Shown: positions 26,062 to 32,000 of the stretch, piece after piece
Position numbering within the stretch: position 1 is the stretch's first letter
Layout: the number at the start of each line of letters is the position of its first letter
From: Promethearchaeota archaeon
Lineage (GTDB): Archaea; Asgardarchaeota; Lokiarchaeia; Sigyniarchaeales; SOKP01
NCBI GenBank assembly: GCA_030606485.1
Contig: JAUWGH010000006.1
Location: forward strand, 180,001 to 212,000
DNA: 32,000 nucleotides
Direction: 5' to 3'
The notes under the pieces: generated by a model
Database searches by the model: none
What the model saw: only the letters and a program-made list of their open reading frames with translations
What the model was told of the DNA's origin: nothing
Made by a program: the position numbers and the translations under genes

Positions 26062-27189
26062 GTGATTAATATGGCTACGGATGAAATACAACCCAAAATC
26101 ACCTTGAAATTCATCCTGAAAAATTTAGGCACCATAATTAAAATGAAGAGGGCAAATCGAACTCGAATTGATAAACTTATAAAAGCAAATCAGCAACTTA
26201 AAGCACCAATCATGCCCACTACTGAAGGTACCGGAGGAGCCATGGAAGAAGGCATGATTTATATTATGTTCAACTCCAATGAAGAAACATCCCCCGATAT
26301 CTTCGACAACGTTTTTCGTGTATTTTGGGTCAATGCACCGGATTTAAAATTTTCGGTTTTTGATGGTTTCCTCATCTCTGAAAACTTTAAATCAGGTCAG
26401 TGGTATAGGTTTTTTAGTAAAGGAATTTTCGAAAATCTTTCTAAAACACGCTTCCACCAAGAAGTCCATTTCGAAGAATGCGACTTTGAATTCGATGGTA
26501 AATGGCCAAATGGCTATAAATTAATTTTCCATGATAGAAAACTCGATATCAAGGGAAATTTAACCTATGAAGCAATAGACCCGAAAGGAGTACTAGTCTA
26601 TTATAATAATCGGCTTGCTGTGACGCCCTCAATGGCTCAACAATTCTATGATATCTTCGCAATAAAAGTAACAGGTACCATAGAGATGCAAGGAAAAAAA
26701 ATTCAGGTTTCCAATGGGAGAGGTATCATCGAACATGGATTGGGTATCTTTTCGAATCTTAACATCTATGATTGGAGATGGCTTAATTTGCAGTTCCCCG
26801 AAGGACAGGTCCATCTCTTTTACCATTCGCTTGATCTCGACGAAGAAGGAATCTATGAAGCTGGGGAAGGGGCTGCCGTTATGAATGGTGAATGGTATCA
26901 CTTCCAACCTGCAGATTTCCAAATAAAGGAAGTGGACTTCGGTGTAGATGAAAATGTTCCAACTAAAGTGCCAATCGAATGGCAAGTGACCGCTGGGAAA
27001 GATTCAACAGGGGCACCACTCTTAGACTTGAAAATGACATCCACCACTAAAATCTCTTGGCATGGAGCAATGGCCAAGGAAAATCAAGCAATAACTAATT
27101 ATATCCTTAACGCCGAAGGAACGTGGAAAGGAAAAACCATTAAAGGTAAGGGCACAATGGAAAACCAAATGCATAGAGTAATTAAATAA
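26062..27189 (+). CDS. Beta-rich hypothetical protein, possibly AttH/CrtC/tocopherol-cyclase-like fold
   Basis: VTGTIEMQGKKIQVSNGRGIIEHGLG, YDWRWLNLQF, VPIEWQV, GTWKGKTIKGKGTME resemble the duplicated lipocalin-like barrel of that group; assigned by pattern only. Confidence 0.5.
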   Translation: MINMATDEIQPKITLKFILKNLGTIIKMKRANRTRIDKLIKANQQLKAPIMPTTEGTGGAMEEGMIYIMFNSNEETSPDIFDNVFRVFWVNAPDLKFSVFDGFLISENFKSGQWYRFFSKGIFENLSKTRFHQEVHFEECDFEFDGKWPNGYKLIFHDRKLDIKGNLTYEAIDPKGVLVYYNNRLAVTPSMAQQFYDIFAIKVTGTIEMQGKKIQVSNGRGIIEHGLGIFSNLNIYDWRWLNLQFPEGQVHLFYHSLDLDEEGIYEAGEGAAVMNGEWYHFQPADFQIKEVDFGVDENVPTKVPIEWQVTAGKDSTGAPLLDLKMTSTTKISWHGAMAKENQAITNYILNAEGTWKGKTIKGKGTMENQMHRVIK

Positions 27190-27585
27190 CATAAACTTTT
27201 TAGATATTTAACGAAATTTTATTAAGACATTACCATTTTTTAAATTTTTAAGAATTGTTCAGTCTTAACAAAAATAAGTTAATGATGATAAAATACAATT
27301 TATCATTTTAAAAACAATTCAAATAAAAAGATTCAAATATCTGCTTGATTATAATAGGAATTGGGAAAGTAGCCAAATTAACTAATAGAATACAGAGCAT
27401 CCAATAAATCAATTAAAATTATTTTATTGCCTAATTCTTTTCTATATAAACTATAAAAAAAATTTAAATATATCTTTATCAATTTCTTATTGTAAATAAT
27501 TCAACAATTAAGTAAAAAAAAAATTATTTTTAAATAAATAGAATTTTTTAATAATTAATTAATAAAAGGAGGAAAAGTATAAATT

Positions 27586-27969
27586 ATGAAAAAATTAAGT
27601 CGTGCAGCCATGTCTCTTCTCATTTTTGGAGTTTATCTAATATTTATGGGGATCATATTTCTATTCGTGCCTGAGATCATGTTTACTCTACTCGCGTACC
27701 CAACACCCCCTGATATAATGTCACGGCTCTTTGGGATGATCATTGTACTTTTAGCGTATTATTATATTCGTGCAGCCCTCCAAGATGAGGGAATGGCAAA
27801 CTTTTTCCTATGGACCGTCCACACACGAGCTTTAGTTATTGTTTTCTTTATCATTTTTACTGTATTGGGTTTAGTGAGTCCCCTTATTATTATGTTTGGG
27901 GTTATCGACCTGGCATGTGCGATTTGGACTTGGTGGGCATTACGCAAAGATAAAGCCAGTAAAGGTTAA
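27586..27969 (+). CDS. Small 4-TM membrane protein, function unknown
   Basis: Four hydrophobic segments; AAGGAGG Shine-Dalgarno-like motif upstream. Confidence 0.75.
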   Translation: MKKLSRAAMSLLIFGVYLIFMGIIFLFVPEIMFTLLAYPTPPDIMSRLFGMIIVLLAYYYIRAALQDEGMANFFLWTVHTRALVIVFFIIFTVLGLVSPLIIMFGVIDLACAIWTWWALRKDKASKG

Positions 27970-28128
27970 TAAAAACAAGATTTTTTTATCAAACCTTTTT
28001 AAATCTAACTTTTTCCTTATTTTTTTAACGTATCACTTTTTTATTATTATTACAATGTAATCTAATTGAAGTCTATGAAAATTGATAAATCATGAACGAT
28101 AGCATTGATATAAACTTTGGAGGTGTAT

Positions 28129-29781
28129 ATGGTGGTTAAATTCAAAAGGGGCCACCTCTATTATCCTGAAATCCCTATTCATAGAATTTTGGAAGAAACA
28201 GCTGAAAGATTTCCAGACAGACCGGCTTTCCTATACCCCAAAGAAATGACCTTCAAACAACTTAAAGAACAGGTAGATATATTCGCTACAGCATTAAAAG
28301 ATTTAGGTGTGAAAAAAGCAGATAGAGTTGCATTATACGGACCGAACTCAATCCAATGGATAATTTCATTCTACGGATTAGAAAAAGCAGGTGCCATTAT
28401 GGTCCCCATGAACCCATTATTCAAAGAAACTGAAGTAGAATATGAAGCAAAAGACTCTGGAGCAGAAACGATCATAGTTTCACAACCTGAATACCCCAAC
28501 GTAGCAGCAGTCAAAGATAAAACAAACCTCAAAAATATTATAGTAATAGAATTAGAAGAGAAAGAAGAGAAACCAGAAACTCCAGCAGGAACCATTGGAT
28601 GGTCAGAATTAATGAAGAAAACAAAACCAAAACCTCCAGAATACGATTTCAAAGCTAAAGAAGACCTTGCAACACTAGTATATACGAGTGGAACAACAGG
28701 TCTACCGAAAGGAACCATGCTTACACACTACAATATAGTGTCGAATGTAATCCAAATATCCCAAATTTTCGAATTAAGTGAATTAGATGTCGCTATGACT
28801 GTGCTTCCCCTTTACCATATTTATGGGCTAAATGTGTGTATGAACCAAGCAATTTGGTTAGGCGCAGCACAAGTAGTCACACCACGATTCAAGGTGAAAG
28901 AATTCTGTGAGCTCATAGAAAAGTATAAAGCTACATACAGTCTATGCGTCCCTCCAATATTTCTCGCAGTAGTTCGACACCTTGAAGACCCAAACGTAAA
29001 AGGATATGATTGGGCAAACCTCAAAATATTTAACAATGGTGCCGCACCAATCCCTCTCGAACTTCTTGAAAGGTTCGATAAATTAGCAAAAGAAAAATGC
29101 AACGCTAAAGACGTGACTATTCAACACGGTTGGGGATTAACTGAGGCTTCTCCGGTCGTTGCTGTAAATCCTATGTATCGCCGCAAAATGGAATCTCAAG
29201 GCACTTTAATTCCAGATACTTTTCATAAGATTATTGATCTAGAGACAGGTGAAGAGATACCTGAACGTGGGCAGCTTGGCGAATTAGTTATTAAAGGTCC
29301 TCAAGTTATGAAAGGCTATTGGAAAAGCCCTGAAGCGACTGAAGGTGCATTTTGGACCGACCCTAACACTGGCGAGAAATGGCTAAGAACAGGTGATATG
29401 GCATATATTGACGAAGAAGAGTATGAGCATCTTGCTGACCGTATAAAGGAAATGATAAAGTATAAAGGTTGGAGCATCGCACCTGCTGAACTTGAGGACT
29501 TGCTATTTAAAAATCCCCACGTATTTGATGCTGCTGTTATTGGTAAGCCATCTACAGAACTGGATGTCGGTCAAATTCCTAAGGCTTTTATAATTTTAAA
29601 ACCGGAGTTTAAAGGTCAAATAAGTGAGCAAAACATAATAGATTGGGTTGCTGAAAGGATTTCTGCTTACAAAAAAATTCGTGAGGTCGAATTTGTGGAT
29701 GATATTCCAAAAACGGGTTCCGGTAAAATTTTACGGCGGGAATTAATCGAGCAGGAAAAAAAGAAACTGGGATTAAAATAA
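28129..29781 (+). CDS. fadD: Long-chain fatty-acid-CoA ligase (AMP-binding ANL family)
   Basis: YTSGTTGLPKG, LPLYHIYG, NGAAP, HGWGLTEASP, RTGD, KTGSGKILRR. The ORF-track start 28117 contains GGAGGTG (SD), so ATG 28129 is the likely start. Confidence 0.92.
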   Translation: MVVKFKRGHLYYPEIPIHRILEETAERFPDRPAFLYPKEMTFKQLKEQVDIFATALKDLGVKKADRVALYGPNSIQWIISFYGLEKAGAIMVPMNPLFKETEVEYEAKDSGAETIIVSQPEYPNVAAVKDKTNLKNIIVIELEEKEEKPETPAGTIGWSELMKKTKPKPPEYDFKAKEDLATLVYTSGTTGLPKGTMLTHYNIVSNVIQISQIFELSELDVAMTVLPLYHIYGLNVCMNQAIWLGAAQVVTPRFKVKEFCELIEKYKATYSLCVPPIFLAVVRHLEDPNVKGYDWANLKIFNNGAAPIPLELLERFDKLAKEKCNAKDVTIQHGWGLTEASPVVAVNPMYRRKMESQGTLIPDTFHKIIDLETGEEIPERGQLGELVIKGPQVMKGYWKSPEATEGAFWTDPNTGEKWLRTGDMAYIDEEEYEHLADRIKEMIKYKGWSIAPAELEDLLFKNPHVFDAAVIGKPSTELDVGQIPKAFIILKPEFKGQISEQNIIDWVAERISAYKKIREVEFVDDIPKTGSGKILRRELIEQEKKKLGLK

Positions 29782-30001
29782 AATATTAAGCTTTTCACTT
29801 CCTTTTTAGATATTTTAACTGTAGTATTTCATGAAACAATTCTCAATTAATTAAAATGAAAATATTATTAAAAAAATATTAATAAAAAATAACAAAATAA
29901 AATAAAAAATAATGAAAAATCATAATATTTTTTACATATTTAACATGTATGATTATTCATTAAAATTAAAGGAATCCAAAAAAAAATTAAATTAATTTAG
30001 T

Positions 30002-30892
30002 GTGATTAAAATGATATGGAAGACAAAAATAACAGAAATGCTTGGCATTAAATATCCAATTATTTTAGGCGCAGCAGCAGGAAAACATAATATAAAATTA
30101 ACAGCTGCAGTAAGTAATGCTGGTGGATTTGGTATTTTAACTGGATCTTCTTTTAGAAATCAAGAAAAATTTCGGAATGCCCTCTTGGAAATCAAAGAAA
30201 TTACAAATAAATCGTTTGGCATAAATCTTACTCCAAATAATCCTGTTGGCTTTTCAAAAGAACCAATTCCTAAGTTTTTTCGATTTTTAGAAATTGCAAA
30301 AGAAGAACAAATTAATACAATAATTACCGCTGGATCTAAAATTGAGGAATTTGGAAAAAAAATAAAAGAATATGAAATGAATTGGATTCATAAAGTTACT
30401 ACCATGAGACATGCGATGTATGGAGAGAAAATGGGTGCTGACGCGATAATTTTAACTGGACTTGAAGGTGCAGGTTTTAAAAATCCAAAACAAAATACTT
30501 TTCTCATCAATATGGTAAATGCTGATAGGATTCTAAAATTACCATTGATTGCTTCCGGAGGGATAAGTAATGGCAAAGGTATGTTGATGGCACTAATTTC
30601 AGGTGCTCAAGCTGTTCACTTATGCACCGCATTTCTTGCAACAACAGAAAGTCCCATTCCAGATAGTTGGAAACAAAGAATAATCGATACCGATTGTTTT
30701 GATCCAAATATAATTAAAAAAGTATGCCAGTTTGATTTAGATACTCCTAAAATTAATGATCTGTCTTTAGCTGCGGGAACAGTTAATAAAATAATTTCTG
30801 CGGAAGAATTAGTAAATAATATAATTAATGAAGCCGAGAAAATATTGAAAAATCTAGGTTTCCAAGAAGATATTATTAATTTTATTCAATAA
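30002..30892 (+). CDS. Nitronate monooxygenase / FabK-family FMN oxidoreductase
   Basis: KTKITEMLGIKYPII, AAVSNAGGFG, GADAIILTGLEGAG, LIASGGISNGKG, GAQAV. Confidence 0.85.
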   Translation: MIKMIWKTKITEMLGIKYPIILGAAAGKHNIKLTAAVSNAGGFGILTGSSFRNQEKFRNALLEIKEITNKSFGINLTPNNPVGFSKEPIPKFFRFLEIAKEEQINTIITAGSKIEEFGKKIKEYEMNWIHKVTTMRHAMYGEKMGADAIILTGLEGAGFKNPKQNTFLINMVNADRILKLPLIASGGISNGKGMLMALISGAQAVHLCTAFLATTESPIPDSWKQRIIDTDCFDPNIIKKVCQFDLDTPKINDLSLAAGTVNKIISAEELVNNIINEAEKILKNLGFQEDIINFIQ

Positions 30893-30931
30893 TGTTTTAT
30901 ATAAATATCTGGGTAGATTTTGTAAAAACAT

Positions 30932-31411
30932 TTAAGAAGTATACTTTTTTGTAGCTTCTAAATACTTAGTATCCTTGCTATAGTCAAAAGATGCAATGTG
31001 AATAGGTTTTACAATAACTATTACCCACTCAGTTAATTCAGATAAACCTTTCCAATATCCCCTCGCTTCTTTTTCAGACATATACCTACTGAATATAGAA
31101 TGTGCCGCTTGATCCATATCTTTATCATCCATACTGGCTTTGCCATAAATTATAACACCTCTAGTTGGTGGACCTACCTCATCAATTAAAACAGTAACAT
31201 TATTATTTCGTTTGATATTTCTACCTCTACGACTATTTTTAGGAGTTCCAATAACTATCGTATCATTATCATAATTGAACCATACAGGTACTGCATGAAT
31301 TGTTCCATCTTTATTAATACTACAGATTCGTGCAATTTTTGCTTTTTCAAGAAAAGCACTAATCTCTTCCCTAGTTAATGCTGGTGATTGAGTATATGAC
31401 ATTTTAATCAC
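30932..31411 (-). CDS. Pyridoxamine 5'-phosphate oxidase-like (PPOX class, possibly F420-binding) protein
   Basis: IARICSINKDGTIHAVPVWF, RNIKRNNNVTVLID, GVIIYGKA. Confidence 0.85.
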   Translation of the reverse strand: MIKMSYTQSPALTREEISAFLEKAKIARICSINKDGTIHAVPVWFNYDNDTIVIGTPKNSRRGRNIKRNNNVTVLIDEVGPPTRGVIIYGKASMDDKDMDQAAHSIFSRYMSEKEARGYWKGLSELTEWVIVIVKPIHIASFDYSKDTKYLEATKKYTS

Positions 31412-32000
31412 TTCAATTTAAATATAATTAATTCTAAACCCTAATAAAACTATAATTTTAAGATAGATATAATTAATAAAATTTAATATATACAATCATT
31501 TTATATTTTTATTTTACTCAAGATTCCATCGAGATAATTGATATTCTCCTGTTCGAGTTCTTCCTTTAACGCATTCGCTAAAGAATATCTAAACGCCCAC
31601 ACTTCCAAATTCTATTAATAATATGTTAAAATTCAATAAAAAACAAGGTTCATAGGAAAAGGGATAAAAAAATTAAGACATGAATGTTTAAAATTAAAGA
31701 AAAGTATCGCGATAAAAATAATCCATAAAATTAATTTAATTCCTAATTTAAAATATAAAAAAATTCACCCTACCAAGAAATAAAATTAAATTATTTTCAA
31801 TTTTTGATTCTTCCTGATATAGATTAGTGTTGATCATTGTGATCGTCAATCTTGGAAATCTATTCTAATTATTTTCTAAATTAAATAATAATTTAAAATT
31901 GATTATTAAGATTCAGATGAGTCTTTATTCTCACTTGAAGTCTTTAGAAACTTTAGAATCTCTTCTTTAAATAATGTAAAATCAGGAAGTCCATGGCAAA

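Noticed and set aside
20798-27969. Possible paralogy of the two small 4-TM proteins (20798-21211 and 27586-27969)
   Set aside because: The similarity is limited to size, hydrophobic pattern and an R-x2-G in helix 2; no convincing alignment by eye.
2442-30707. Numerous short overlapping ORFs in the track (e.g. 2442-2834, 3629-3943, 4568-4762, 5432-5638, 5744-6184, 7208-7432, 7792-8040, 8003-8221, 9162-9353, 12898-13080, 15379-15591, 16731-16919, 17884-18081, 18480-18695, 20352-20624, 22004-22237, 24529-24816, 26629-26985, 27762-27947, 28371-28718, 28821-29102, 30388-30576, 30507-30707)
   Set aside because: Shadow or alternate-frame ORFs nested in well-supported genes, with no recognisable motifs.
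31490-31610. Short minus-strand reading LEVWAFRYSLANALKEELEQENINYLDGILSKNKNIK*
   Set aside because: It looks protein-like but is under 40 aa, with an uncertain TTG start and no recognised family; possibly a gene remnant.
31900-32000. Possible 3' end of a minus-strand gene entering from beyond the window
   Set aside because: Two frames are open for only 20-30 codons; the real frame and product cannot be determined.

Overview
AT-rich, gene-dense prokaryotic window. An archaeal origin, probably Asgard/Lokiarchaeia-like, is inferred from TATA-like boxes about 25 nt before start codons, oligo-T tracts after genes, an SDS22-type LRR protein, small Zn-ribbon proteins and several archaeal-type PIN toxin-antitoxin pairs; no marker gene in the window proves this. 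Main content, in order: a partial GPH-family MFS transporter; a multi-TM protein with a C-terminal EEP domain (Cwh43/PGAP2IP-like architecture); a disrupted TnpB with a D-E-H RuvC triad and no Zn finger; a three-gene flavoprotein cluster of the glycerol-3-phosphate dehydrogenase type; a membrane-anchored Ntn amidohydrolase; a stand-alone N6-adenine methyltransferase; an LRR protein; three PIN toxin-antitoxin modules; AlaX; L-cysteine desulfidase; a metallophosphoesterase; an MBL hydrolase; an ATL protein; an ArsR regulator; a second MFS; a ChrB-domain protein; an acyl-CoA ligase; a nitronate-monooxygenase-family flavoenzyme; and a PPOX-like protein. No rRNA, tRNA or CRISPR array was seen. Three signals go beyond these annotations. 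(1) The last 69 nt of the arsR gene recur about 1.07 kb downstream, bracketing exactly one TA module like attL/attR, with no integrase present. (2) The acyl-CoA ligase gene switches synonymous codon usage between its halves, suggesting a mosaic gene. (3) Two tandem palindromes straddle the TATA box of the first vapBC operon. I found no clear large novel system; most of the window is ordinary accessory/metabolic content. All protein calls are from motif recognition, without database searches.
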